The position numbers were made by a program, and so were the translations under genes. 64,000 bases of DNA, taken from Clostridia bacterium (lineage in GTDB: Bacteria; Bacillota; Clostridia; TANB77; CAG-465). This document shows positions 19,364-30,400 of this stretch, in pieces (the first letter of the stretch is position 1; every line of letters starts with the position of its first letter). The notes beneath the pieces were generated by a model. It ran no database searches. It had not been told where the DNA came from and saw nothing but the letters and a program-made list of their open reading frames with translations. The DNA is taken from assembly GCA_045659265.1 (NCBI GenBank), contig JAZOWO010000131.1, positions 1,757 through 65,756 of the forward strand, written 5' to 3'.

Positions 19364-22300
19364 ATGAAAAAACTAAGTGAATTGTTTGCTCCTGCTGTTA
19401 TAGAAGGTAGCAGTATAAACGATTTAATGGTAGAAGAGGTAAAGTTTTCAAAGAAGGCTAATGCGGCTATTATAAGACTTGAAATAAAGGATGGAATAAA
19501 TCCTAAGGATGTTGTTGCGTTTGAAACAAATGCCACTAAAGCTTTTTCGTTAAAGAGTTTTAGAATAATTCCGCATTTAGAGGGGAAAAGAGAATTTAAT
19601 GAGCAAGATATAGATAAGGTTTTAGATTATTTGAAACTAGCTAGACCTTATGTTGTGAATGTCTTAGAAATATCTAGAAAAGAATATATTAAAGAGGCAA
19701 ATAAGGTAATAATCGAACTTAAAGTGCCAAATGCTAATTTTCTTAAATTGCAAAAAACAGAAGAATTTTTATCAGAAACTGTATCGGCATACTATGGTGT
19801 AAACATAGAATTTGAAATTTGTGACTCAAATACAGCTAAAGCAGATTTTGCGGCAACTCATAAAGAGGAAAGAATGGTTGCACCGCCACCAGCAGATAAG
19901 CCAAAGGAACAAAAACCACAAGTTGAGCATAAAGCACCAGCACCGCAACCACAATCAGCGCCACCAACGTATTTCAAACCAAAAGAAGAAAAAGTGGAAG
20001 GACCTAAGGCAGAAAATGTAATAATGGGTAAAGATATTACTTCTGCTAAAGTAGACAAGATAGAAGATATAAATCAAGATATGGAAAATGCTTGTATTGA
20101 AGGAAAAATAGAAGCATGTGAGGTTAAAACTACTAAGACTGGTAAAGAAATGTTTTCACTAGAAGTGAGCGACGAAACAAGTACAATAGCTGTAAAAATC
20201 TTCGCGGATCCTAAACGTATAGATGTTGGAGAACTTAGTGGAAGACTAAAAGTTGGTAAGTACATAAAAGCAGATGGAAAACCACAATATGATATGTTTG
20301 CTAAAGATATCTCAATAATATTAAGAAACATAGTAGATGGAAAGAAACCACCTGAAAGAAAAGATGAAGCAGAGGTTAAAAGAGTAGAACTACATTTACA
20401 TACACAAATGAGTTCTATGGATGGTGTAAGTTCTGCAACAGATCTTGTAAAACAAGCTATAAAATGGGGACATAAAGCAATAGCAATAACAGACCATGGT
20501 GTTGCACAAAGCTTCCCTGAAGCAAATCTTGCAGCGTTCAACTACGCTGAAAAGAAATTTGATATAAAGGTACTATATGGTACTGAAGGATATTTAGTGC
20601 CTGACGTTGCACCTGTATTTGAAGCTCCAACTACATATACTGTTTTTGATATAGAAACAACAGGATTTACACCTGGAAGTGATGCAATAACAGAAATAGC
20701 AGCAGTAAAGGTAAAAGACGGACAAGCAATAGATGAGTTTTCTACATTTGTAAATCCTGAAAGAAGTATACCTAAGGAAGTACAAGAATTAACTCATATA
20801 ACACCGGATATGGTAAAGGATGCCCCTAAGATAGAAGAAGCATTAAAGGGATTCTTAGACTTTGCTGAAGGTACGGTAATAGTAGCGCATAATGCAAAAT
20901 TTGATACTTCGTTTATAAACTACTATGCAGATAAATGTGGTTATACAAAACCAGTATTTGCAATAGATACTCTAGCTATAGCAAGAGAAATGTTTGAAGG
21001 TTATGAAAACCATAAGCTTGGAACAATAGCAGCTAATCTAAATATAGAACTTGAAAATGCGCATAGAGCAATAAATGATGCTAGAGCAACAGCTAAAGTA
21101 TTTATAAAAATGTGTGAAGTGTTAGAAGAACGTGGTATGAAATTAAATGAATATGTTCAAACTGAATATATAGAAGACAAGAGGAACTTTACGCCGTACC
21201 ACATAATAATATTTGCTAAAAACTATGTTGGACTTAAAAATCTATACAAGCTAGTTTCGTTTGCACATATTAGATATTTCCACAAGAAACCAAGATTATC
21301 TAGATCATTAATTAATAGATATAGAGAAGGATTAATAATCGGTTCGGCTTGCGAAAGAGGAGAGCTTTACCAAGCAGTTTTAGAAAATAGAATGGATGAA
21401 GCACGTGAAATAGCTAAGTTTTATGATTATTTAGAAGTACAACCAATAGGAAATAACCAGTTCTATATTCGCAACGGTACAGTAAAAGATGAAAAAGAAT
21501 TACAAGAAATAAATAAAAAAATAATAGACTTAGGGCATGAGTTAAACATACCTGTTGTAGCAACAGGAGATGTTCACTTTATGAATCCACAAGATGAACT
21601 ATATAGAAGAATAATAATGGCTGGTCAAGGTTATGATGATGCGGATGAACAAGCACCACTTTATCTAAGAACAACAAATGAAATGCTTAAAGAATTCGAT
21701 TATCTTGATGAAGCAACTGCAAGAGAAATAGTAATAGAAAACACTAATAAAATTGCAGATATGTTTGAGGAAATAAAACCGGTTGTTGATGGAACATACA
21801 ACCCAGTAATTGACGGTTCTGATGAAGAAATAGAAAGACTTACTTATGAAAAAGCAAGAAGTATATATGGTGATCCATTACCAGAAATAGTTGAAGCTAG
21901 AATAAAGAAAGAACTAAACTCAATAATAACAAATGGATTCTCGGTTATGTATATCATAGCTCAAAAACTAGTTAAAAAATCTAACGATGATGGCTATCTG
22001 GTTGGTTCCAGAGGTTCGGTTGGTTCATCTTTCGTAGCAACAATGTCTGGTATAACAGAGGTAAATCCGCTTCCACCACACTATGTTTGTCCACATTGTA
22101 AATATAGTGAATTCCCACCAGTTACAGTTACAACTGGAGTAGATATGGAAGATAAAGATTGCCCTAAATGTGGCAATAGAATGAAGAAAGATGGAATGGA
22201 TATTCCGTTCGAAACATTCCTTGGATTTAAGGGAGATAAGGTCCCAGATATAGACCTTAACTTCTCTGGAGATTACCAAGCTAAAGCACACGCATATACT

Positions 22301-23680
22301 GAAGTTCTATTTGGTAAGTACAAAACATTTAGAGCCGGAACAATATCTACACTTGCCGAAAAAACAGCATATGGATTTGTTAAGAAATATTATGAAGGTA
22401 AAAATCAATACGTAAGGGTGCCTGAAATAAATAGAGTGTCTAGAATGTGTACTGGTATTAAGAGAACAACAGGACAACACCCTGGTGGTATTATAGTTGT
22501 ACCAAGAGATAAAGAAATTTATGATTTCTGTCCGGTGCAAAGACCAGCAGATGATCCAACATCAAGCACAATAACAACACATTTCGACTTCCACTCAATC
22601 CACGACAATCTTCTAAAACTAGATATACTAGGCCATGATGATCCTACGGTTATTAGAATGTTAGAAGATTTAACAGGAATTGATGCAAAAACAATACCAC
22701 TAGATGAGCCAAAAGTAATGTCGCTATTTAGCTCGACAGAAGCGCTAGGAATAACAGAGGAACAAGAACGTTCTAAAGTTGCAACATATGCTATACCAGA
22801 GTTTGGTACTAAGTTTGTTAGACAAATGTTGCTAGATACAAAACCTACAACATTTGGCGAACTTGTTAGAATATCTGGACTATCTCATGGTACTGACGTT
22901 TGGCTAAATAATGCTCAAAGCTTGATTGAACAAGGAATAACGACACTTAAAGAGGCAATTTGTACTCGTGATGACATCATGATTTATTTGATACAAAAGG
23001 GGCTTGACCCATCTCTTGCCTTCAAGATAATGGAGATAACAAGAAAAGGTAAAGCTAAAAAAGACCTTACTGAAGAAATGAAAGAGAAAATGAGAGAATG
23101 TGATGTGCCAGAATGGTATATAGATTCATGTTTAAAGATTAAGTACATGTTCCCTAAAGCCCATGCTTGTGCTTACGTTATGATGGCATATAGAATAGCA
23201 TACTTTAAGGTGTATTATCCAAAGGCATTCTATGCTACATATTTAACAGTAAGAGCAGATGCGTTTAATGCAGATATAATGTGTACTAATAAGCAAAAGG
23301 TTAAAGAGGCAATGAAGACAATTGAATCTAATCCTGAAGCAAGTAATGTTGAAAAGGATATGGTTACAGTTCTTGAAGTTGTAAATGAAATGATGGAAAG
23401 AGGAATAGATTTCTTACCAATAGATTTGTATAAATCTGATGCAACTAAATTCTTAGTAGAAGATGATGGAATAAGACCACCACTTTCAGCAATACCTACA
23501 TTTGGTACAGTCAACGCCAAGAATATTGCTGAAGCAAGAAAAGAAGGCGAATTTTCTTCAAAAGAGAATCTAATGACACGTGCAAAATTAGGAAAATCTG
23601 CGATGGAATTATTAGATAAATATGGTTGTACAAAAGGTATGCCAAATTCAGCACAAGTATCATTGTTTGATGAATTCTAA
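19364..23680 (+). CDS. polC: DNA polymerase III PolC-type
   Basis: It contains OB, PHP, a DnaQ-like exonuclease (FDIETTG), the pol III alpha core and a C4 zinc finger (CPHC…CPKC). The N-terminal region carries a Pro/Gln/Lys-rich insert. Confidence 0.95.
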   Translation: MKKLSELFAPAVIEGSSINDLMVEEVKFSKKANAAIIRLEIKDGINPKDVVAFETNATKAFSLKSFRIIPHLEGKREFNEQDIDKVLDYLKLARPYVVNVLEISRKEYIKEANKVIIELKVPNANFLKLQKTEEFLSETVSAYYGVNIEFEICDSNTAKADFAATHKEERMVAPPPADKPKEQKPQVEHKAPAPQPQSAPPTYFKPKEEKVEGPKAENVIMGKDITSAKVDKIEDINQDMENACIEGKIEACEVKTTKTGKEMFSLEVSDETSTIAVKIFADPKRIDVGELSGRLKVGKYIKADGKPQYDMFAKDISIILRNIVDGKKPPERKDEAEVKRVELHLHTQMSSMDGVSSATDLVKQAIKWGHKAIAITDHGVAQSFPEANLAAFNYAEKKFDIKVLYGTEGYLVPDVAPVFEAPTTYTVFDIETTGFTPGSDAITEIAAVKVKDGQAIDEFSTFVNPERSIPKEVQELTHITPDMVKDAPKIEEALKGFLDFAEGTVIVAHNAKFDTSFINYYADKCGYTKPVFAIDTLAIAREMFEGYENHKLGTIAANLNIELENAHRAINDARATAKVFIKMCEVLEERGMKLNEYVQTEYIEDKRNFTPYHIIIFAKNYVGLKNLYKLVSFAHIRYFHKKPRLSRSLINRYREGLIIGSACERGELYQAVLENRMDEAREIAKFYDYLEVQPIGNNQFYIRNGTVKDEKELQEINKKIIDLGHELNIPVVATGDVHFMNPQDELYRRIIMAGQGYDDADEQAPLYLRTTNEMLKEFDYLDEATAREIVIENTNKIADMFEEIKPVVDGTYNPVIDGSDEEIERLTYEKARSIYGDPLPEIVEARIKKELNSIITNGFSVMYIIAQKLVKKSNDDGYLVGSRGSVGSSFVATMSGITEVNPLPPHYVCPHCKYSEFPPVTVTTGVDMEDKDCPKCGNRMKKDGMDIPFETFLGFKGDKVPDIDLNFSGDYQAKAHAYTEVLFGKYKTFRAGTISTLAEKTAYGFVKKYYEGKNQYVRVPEINRVSRMCTGIKRTTGQHPGGIIVVPRDKEIYDFCPVQRPADDPTSSTITTHFDFHSIHDNLLKLDILGHDDPTVIRMLEDLTGIDAKTIPLDEPKVMSLFSSTEALGITEEQERSKVATYAIPEFGTKFVRQMLLDTKPTTFGELVRISGLSHGTDVWLNNAQSLIEQGITTLKEAICTRDDIMIYLIQKGLDPSLAFKIMEITRKGKAKKDLTEEMKEKMRECDVPEWYIDSCLKIKYMFPKAHACAYVMMAYRIAYFKVYYPKAFYATYLTVRADAFNADIMCTNKQKVKEAMKTIESNPEASNVEKDMVTVLEVVNEMMERGIDFLPIDLYKSDATKFLVEDDGIRPPLSAIPTFGTVNAKNIAEARKEGEFSSKENLMTRAKLGKSAMELLDKYGCTKGMPNSAQVSLFDEF

Positions 23681-23738
23681 AAAAAGATTGAAAAGTCTTT
23701 AGTGATAGTATATAATAATTACGAGGAGTTGATTATAT

Positions 23739-24080
23739 ATGAAATTAGATTTAAATGGAATGGGCATTGAAGTAACAGACGGTATCAAAGAATATGCTGA
23801 AAAAAGAGTAAGCAAATTAGATAAATTCTTTGATAATGACACAATTGCACACGTTACATTCGCAGCAAAAAAGGAGAAACAATACGTGAGTCTTCGTGTA
23901 GAAGCTAAAGGCAAAACATACATGGCAGAAGAACCAACTCATGACGTTTATGCTGGTATTGACCTTGTAATGGATAAAATTTTAGGTCAAATAAGAAAAC
24001 AAAAAACTAAAATATTAAATAAAAGAACTGAAAAGAATGTTAACATGGGTGTTACTGAAGAAGACCTAGATGTTGAATAG
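23739..24080 (+). CDS. hpf: Ribosome hibernation promoting factor / RaiA (short form)
   Basis: It matches the YfiA/sigma-54 modulation protein family. A promoter TTGAAA-17-TATAAT lies at 23687-23715. Confidence 0.8.
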   Translation: MKLDLNGMGIEVTDGIKEYAEKRVSKLDKFFDNDTIAHVTFAAKKEKQYVSLRVEAKGKTYMAEEPTHDVYAGIDLVMDKILGQIRKQKTKILNKRTEKNVNMGVTEEDLDVE

Positions 24081-24093
24081 TAAATTTAATACA

Positions 24094-24120
24094 AAAAAAG
24101 AGGCTTAAGCCTCTTTTTTG
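24094..24120. terminator. Bidirectional terminator
   Basis: The hairpin aaaaaagaggct-taa-gcctctttttt is flanked by T-runs. Confidence 0.75.
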
Positions 24121-24143
24121 TTGTTTAAATTATATAATAAATA

Positions 24144-25205
24144 TTAACGTCTATATAATACATAAACTATATAGCATGCATAAATAGCAAGTAAAGTAAA
24201 TCCTTCCATTGCAGAAACCTCTGGTTTCTTTTTAGTGAACAATCTCATTACTAAACATACTAACACGAATACACCAGCGTCTATAACAAGAGATGGTGTT
24301 GACACTCTTATTGGATTTATTAATGCGGAAGTTCCTATTACAAATAAAGTATTAAACATATTGCTGCCAACTAAATTGCCAATTGCAATATTTAATCTAT
24401 TTTTCTTTATTGCTGCAAATGTTGTACTTATTTCTGGTAAAGATGTACCTACTGCAATTATTGAAATCGATATAAGTGTTTCGCTAACATTAAAGTATCT
24501 TGCTATAACAATGGCATTGTTAACTACGAGTTCTGCACCTATATATATAACCGCAATGCATATCAATAATAAAAGAAATTCAAGAACCAATCTTTTCATG
24601 TCTTTCATAGAAAACATTTTATCGTTTTCGTTAGTGTGATTATCATGGCTTGCATATGCAGATTTGTGTAATATAACTTTTTTCGCTTTTGAATCTTTAT
24701 ATTTCTTTTCTCTTTGATCCCTTAAATATTCACCAAACTCATATAGTGTATAGTACATGAATATTGCAAAGAATAATAATAGAATAATACCATCTGTTCT
24801 AGTAATTGCATTATGAGTTGCTTGTGGATCGACGATGTCAATTAATAGTACGAAAAGTACAGTACTAGAAATTAGACTCATATTCATATCTTTTCTTATT
24901 GTTTGTCTTAAAAGTTTTAATGGGTTTGCTACAAAAATTAGTCCTAGAATGCAGCACATATTAAATAAATTTGTTCCAATAATATTACCTAGCAAGAAAT
25001 CAGAACTGTTTTTTGCAGATGCTGTAATGGAAAGTAATAATTCGGGTAAACTTGTACCGATACAAACTATAGTTAGTCCTATTACTACTTCGCTTAACCT
25101 AAACATTTTCCCTATTTTTGTTCCGATATCTACAAAGGCATCAGAACCTTTTATTAATAAGAACAAACCTACAACCATTAAAATAACGGCTAGAAGTATA
25201 TCCAT
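24144..25205 (-). CDS. CaCA-family cation/Ca2+ exchanger (YrbG-like)
   Basis: It has two alpha-repeat GTSLPE motifs (IGTSLPELL and VGTSLPEIS) and 10 predicted TM segments. Confidence 0.85.
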   Translation of the reverse strand: MDILLAVILMVVGLFLLIKGSDAFVDIGTKIGKMFRLSEVVIGLTIVCIGTSLPELLLSITASAKNSSDFLLGNIIGTNLFNMCCILGLIFVANPLKLLRQTIRKDMNMSLISSTVLFVLLIDIVDPQATHNAITRTDGIILLLFFAIFMYYTLYEFGEYLRDQREKKYKDSKAKKVILHKSAYASHDNHTNENDKMFSMKDMKRLVLEFLLLLICIAVIYIGAELVVNNAIVIARYFNVSETLISISIIAVGTSLPEISTTFAAIKKNRLNIAIGNLVGSNMFNTLFVIGTSALINPIRVSTPSLVIDAGVFVLVCLVMRLFTKKKPEVSAMEGFTLLAIYACYIVYVLYRR

Positions 25206-25382
25206 TTGTTTTCTCCTTTGTATAATACAATGAGTATATCATATATGTTAATAAAACAACAATAGCTTAAAGGTCTCTTTTAATATTAAAAATTAAAAGA
25301 AAATGTAATTTTATATAAGTTGAATTTAAATATATAATTGATATATAATTTGACTAATATAATCTGTTAGATGGGGGAAATA

Positions 25383-27041
25383 ATGAATACTGGTGTTATA
25401 AAGGTTGTTAAATGGTGCGTCATAGGCGTGATTGCTTTATATTTGTTGGGGAGTTTTATTGCAAATAAACCAAATAAAGATGCATGGATAATAGAAAATT
25501 TAGAAATGACATTAACATTTGTAAAAAATACTTTAACTATTGAAGAAAAAATTGACACTACAATCGGAAATGAAGTGTATTTTTCACATAATTTACAAGG
25601 AGAAGTAGGTAATTTAATTACAGGTATAGTGGAATATACTTATAAGGATAAAAAAATAAACGATAGATTAACTAGTGGCTGGTTTGTGACACCGGAAAAT
25701 ATTGCACAAGAGTTAGGAGCAAAAAAGGGAGATACTATAGGTATAAAGCTTTTATACAAGATAAATGTAGATATGTTATATAGAGGCGTTGATACAGATA
25801 TTTTAACATTAAAATTTATAGATGCTAAAAAATTTAAACTTAATTTAATACCTTATACAACTATAACAGATGTTAATGTTGAAGATGCATTAGTCACTGA
25901 AAATAATGGCGTTTATACTATTGATTTTGGAAAAATTAAAGCATCAAACCTGGATATAAAAGCTAAAATTCACGATGTTGATGCTGTAGTTGGTGAAACA
26001 ATAACAATATTAACGCCAGCTGGATATATAGTATGTTTTATGGGTACAACTTTGATCTGTTTAATAGCAGTGCTAATAAACAATAGAAAAAAGAAAAAAG
26101 TTAGTGAATATAGAAGAGAGACAAACAACTTAGTTTCACCATATCTAGCAGAACTGATTGTTGATGGAAAAATAGATATGAAAAATCTAATAATGACAAC
26201 GATAATTGATTTAGAATTAAAAGGGAAGGTTAAAATATTAAATAATGATGAGATAGAACTTATATCAACTGAAGGGCTAGATGCGGTACAAAAATGTATG
26301 ATATACTTGTTATTTATAGGAACGGGTGGAGAAAATAGAATAAAATTAAGTGATATAAATAATGCGTTCCGTAAATCTAAAATAACAACAAAAATCTTTT
26401 CTGAAAAATTGGCTATGGTTAAGAAGGCGTTAATAAACACATTAATTGCAACGCAATTTATTTCTAAAAAGAAAATGAAAATAGGAACGATTATAAAAAC
26501 AGTTGCGGCTATAAATTGCATATTAATATGTTTTCTATTCTCAGGCTTACCAATAACTATTGATGCGTTTCCGATAATGTTTGCTATTGCATTAGTATTT
26601 ATATTTATAGACAGTATTAATCATTATGAAGGTAATTTCAAGAGTGAAAGGGATGCAACTGGATGTTTAATGGTGATAGCGGGGATAGTTGCAATTTTTC
26701 AAGCGATAGGAATGATTAAATTAGATTTTATGATATATGGATTAGAGTTTTTATTAATAATGGCGGTATTGTTTATTGTAAATGTTATGGTTATAAGGGA
26801 GTCTAAACGTATATTGTTAACACCTGTTGGTGAGGCTGAAAGAATAGAGTTGCTGAAATTAAAGAAATATTTAACGGAACATAGTGTAATCAAAGAAAGA
26901 GATTTAGGTTCTGTTGTAATATGGGATGAATATTTAGCGTATGCAACAGCGTTTGGAATGCCAAATAGTATAATAAAACAAATTTATGAAGAGTGGTACA
27001 ATATTAATATGACATTACAATTTGTATCGCAAATACTATAA
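25383..27041 (+). CDS. Large multi-pass membrane protein (DUF2207-like architecture)
   Basis: It has an N-terminal TM segment, an extracytoplasmic domain of about 200 aa, then a cluster of TM helices. ATG at 25383 follows the RBS ggggga. Confidence 0.45.
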   Translation: MNTGVIKVVKWCVIGVIALYLLGSFIANKPNKDAWIIENLEMTLTFVKNTLTIEEKIDTTIGNEVYFSHNLQGEVGNLITGIVEYTYKDKKINDRLTSGWFVTPENIAQELGAKKGDTIGIKLLYKINVDMLYRGVDTDILTLKFIDAKKFKLNLIPYTTITDVNVEDALVTENNGVYTIDFGKIKASNLDIKAKIHDVDAVVGETITILTPAGYIVCFMGTTLICLIAVLINNRKKKKVSEYRRETNNLVSPYLAELIVDGKIDMKNLIMTTIIDLELKGKVKILNNDEIELISTEGLDAVQKCMIYLLFIGTGGENRIKLSDINNAFRKSKITTKIFSEKLAMVKKALINTLIATQFISKKKMKIGTIIKTVAAINCILICFLFSGLPITIDAFPIMFAIALVFIFIDSINHYEGNFKSERDATGCLMVIAGIVAIFQAIGMIKLDFMIYGLEFLLIMAVLFIVNVMVIRESKRILLTPVGEAERIELLKLKKYLTEHSVIKERDLGSVVIWDEYLAYATAFGMPNSIIKQIYEEWYNINMTLQFVSQIL

Positions 27042-27049
27042 GTAAAAAT

Positions 27050-27074
27050 AAAAGAGGCGATTGCGCCTCTTTTA
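27050..27074. terminator. Bidirectional terminator between convergent genes
   Basis: The hairpin aaaagaggcg-att-gcgcctctttt is flanked by T-runs. Confidence 0.75.
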
Positions 27075-27084
27075 TTTGCATGAA

Positions 27085-27273
27085 TTACATATTAGATTCA
27101 GCCTTTTCTATAAGTTTTTTAACCATTCTTCCACCTATAGAACCAGCTTGTTTAGAAGTTAAATCACCGTTATAACCTTGTTTTAAGTTAACGCCGATTT
27201 CACTTGCAACTTCGTATTTCATTTTTTCTAAACCAGCTTTTGCGTTTGGGTTTACATATGAATTGCTTGCCAT
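27085..27273 (-). CDS. Small acid-soluble spore protein, alpha/beta type
   Basis: KYEVASEIGV…GDLTSKQAGSIGGRMVKKLIEKAE matches the two conserved SASP alpha/beta boxes. Confidence 0.9.
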   Translation of the reverse strand: MASNSYVNPNAKAGLEKMKYEVASEIGVNLKQGYNGDLTSKQAGSIGGRMVKKLIEKAESNM

Positions 27274-27422
27274 AAAGTTTCACCTCCTATTTTTTAAATT
27301 GCAAAACTTGAATTTGTTTTACACTAATAATTTGTGAAAATATTAATAAAAAATACAGGAAATTTGTGGCAAAAAATAGCATTAAAATTGATTAAAAAAC
27401 GCGGCTAAATGGCGCTCTTTGA

Positions 27423-27451
27423 TTGACTTTTTATGTAAAGTGTGTTAAAAT
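27423..27451 (+). promoter_or_regulatory. Candidate sigma-A promoter (TTGACT-17-TAAAAT) for the surface-protein gene
   Basis: Consensus-like hexamers with 17-bp spacing lie 18 nt upstream of the RBS ggaggt. Confidence 0.45.
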
Positions 27452-27468
27452 ACTAATTATGTAATGTA

Positions 27469-30400
27469 ATGTTGGAGGTAAAGATGAATACAATATTAAA
27501 AAAGACAATAGCAACAATATTATTAATAGCAATGTTAATAACACATACACCAGTATATGTTATTGCTGCAGCAGACACAACTCCGCCATCAGTGGTGGTT
27601 TCTGGGCTGTCTTCAAGCACAGTAGCGTATAAAGGGGAAACAATGAGTTTTAAGGTGTATTTCTCAGATGAAACGGAAATGGGAGAAGTAACACTTACTA
27701 AAAACCATGTTATGCTAATAGGATTTACGGGAGATATATCTGTAAGTGGAAGCGGAAATACTAGAACAGTTACAATATCTAATATAAACGATAATTCTAC
27801 AACAGCTAACAAGGTGACAATAAGAGCAAATGCAGCAAAAGATGCAGCTGGTAATACTTCAAAAGTATTTACATCTTCTGCGTTTACTATAACTGAAAGA
27901 CCAGATACAACAAAACCATCAGTGGTAGTATCTAAACCTTCAGTTTCAACAGTAACAGAAGGGGGCTCTTTAACATATACAGTATCATTCTCAGATAATA
28001 AAGGAATAACAACTAATAATTTTAGTGCAAGTTATGTTTCTTTAACTGGATTTGATGCAACAGTGTCAGTAAGCGGAAGTGGAAATACAAGAACAGTAAC
28101 TCTTTCAAATATAACAGGAGCAGCAGACTCAGACAATAAAATATCAATAAGAGCAAATGCGGTAAAAGATGCAGCTGGTAATGGATCAAGTGTTGTAACA
28201 TCAACAGCGTTTACAATAAAAGCTAAAGATACAACAAGACCATCAGTAGTAATATCAAAACCATCTCCAACGACAGTTGAACAAGGCGGAACGGTTAAAT
28301 ATACAGTATCATTCTCAGATGAAACAGCGATTGGAACTGTAAACTTTAATGCAGATTATGTAGCGTTAGTAGGATTTACAGGAAATGTATCAGTATCAGG
28401 AACTGGAAATACTAGATATGTAACAATATCTAATGTTACTGGAACTGCGGATTCAGATAACAAAATAACAATAAGAGCAAACGCAGCAAAAGATTCAGTT
28501 GGAAATGGTACAGTGGCAACAAATTCTACTACATTTACAATTGTAGAACCTGTTAAAGATACAACAAGACCATCAGTAGTAATATCAAAACCATCTCCAA
28601 TGTCAGTAACAGAAGGTGGAACAGTTAAATATACAGTATCATTCTCAGATGAGACTGCAATGGGAACAATAAACTTTAACAAAGACTATGTAGCATTAAT
28701 AGGATTTACTGCTAATGTATCAGTGTCTGGAACAGGCAACACAAGAACAGTAACACTTACAAATGTTCAAGGTGCAGCAGATGCAGATAATAAAATAACA
28801 ATAAGAGCAAATGCAGCAAAAGATGCTGCTGGAAATGGTACAGTAGCAACAAACTCTACTACATTTACAATTGTAGAGCAAGTAAAAGATACAACAAGAC
28901 CATCAGTAGTAATATCAAAACCATCTCCACTATCAGTAGAAGTTGGTGGAACAGTAGAATATAAAGTAGTATTCTCAGATGAGACAGCAATGGGAACAAT
29001 AAACTTTAACAAAGATTATGTGGCATTAATAGGATTTACTGCTAATGTATCAGTATCAGGAACAGGAAACGCAAGAACAGTAACACTTACAAATATTCAA
29101 GGTGTAGCAGATGCAGATAATAAAATATCTGTAAGAGCAGGAGCAGCAAAGGATGCAGCTGGAAATGCAACAGTAGCAACTACATCAACAGCATTTACAA
29201 TTGTAGAACCTATTAAAGATACAACAAAACCATCAGTAGTAATATCAAAACCATCTCCACTATCTGTGGAAGTTGGTGGAACAGTAAGTTACACAGTAAT
29301 GTTCTCAGATGAAACAGCAATGGGTAAAGTTCATTTTAATGAAAACTATGTAGCACTAATAGGATTTGATGCAACAGTTTCTGTAACAGGAACAGGAAAT
29401 ACAAGAGTTGTTACATTATCTAATATTACAGGTGATGCAGATTCTAATAATAGAATAGCAGTAAGAGCAGGAGCGGCAGAAGATGCAGCTGGAAATAAAA
29501 CAGCAGTAGTTGAGTCTACTAACTTTACAGTTGTTATACCAACTCCTAAAGATACAACAGCACCTTCAGTGCTAGTATCTAATCCAAATCCAAAAACAGT
29601 AGAAGTTGGCGGAACAGTAAAATACACAGTAGTATTCTCAGATGAAACAGCAATGGGAACAATTCACTTTAATAAAAACTATGTAGCATTAATTGGATTT
29701 GATGCAGACATAACAGTGAGTGGAACAGGAAATACAAGAACAGTGACATTAACAAATGTTCAAGGTGGATTAGATTCAGATAATAGAATAGCAATAAGAG
29801 CAGGAGCAGCAGAAGATGCAGCTGGAAATAAAACTAAAGTGGTAGAATCACCTAACTTTACAGTTATAGCTCCACCAGTTAAGGATACAACAGCTCCATC
29901 AATAGCTATATCTGCACCAAAGCCAGGAACAATTGAATTAGGTGAAACAGTAAAATACACAGTAGTATTCTCAGACGAGACTGCTATGGGTAAAGTTCAT
30001 TTTGATAAGAGCTATGTTACATTAATAGGCTTTACAGCAAATATAATAGTAACAGGTGAAGGAAATACAAGAACAGTAACACTTACAAATGTTCAAGGTG
30101 GTATAGATAAAGATAATAGAATAGCAATTAAAGCGGGAGCAGCAGAAGATGCAGCTGGAAACAAAACTAAAGCAGTAGAATCAGCTAACTTTGAAATAAT
30201 CAAAACTGAAGAAAAAGATTCTATAGCTCCAGTAGTTAATATAACTTCTGTAAATCCAACAGCAATATATGCAAACGGAACAGTAAAATATACTGTAACA
30301 TTTGCAGATAATATTAAAGTAACAGAAGTAAATTTATATACAAGTAAAATTGAAACAGTGGGATTTGATGCAGATATATCTGTTAAAATGAACGGATTAA

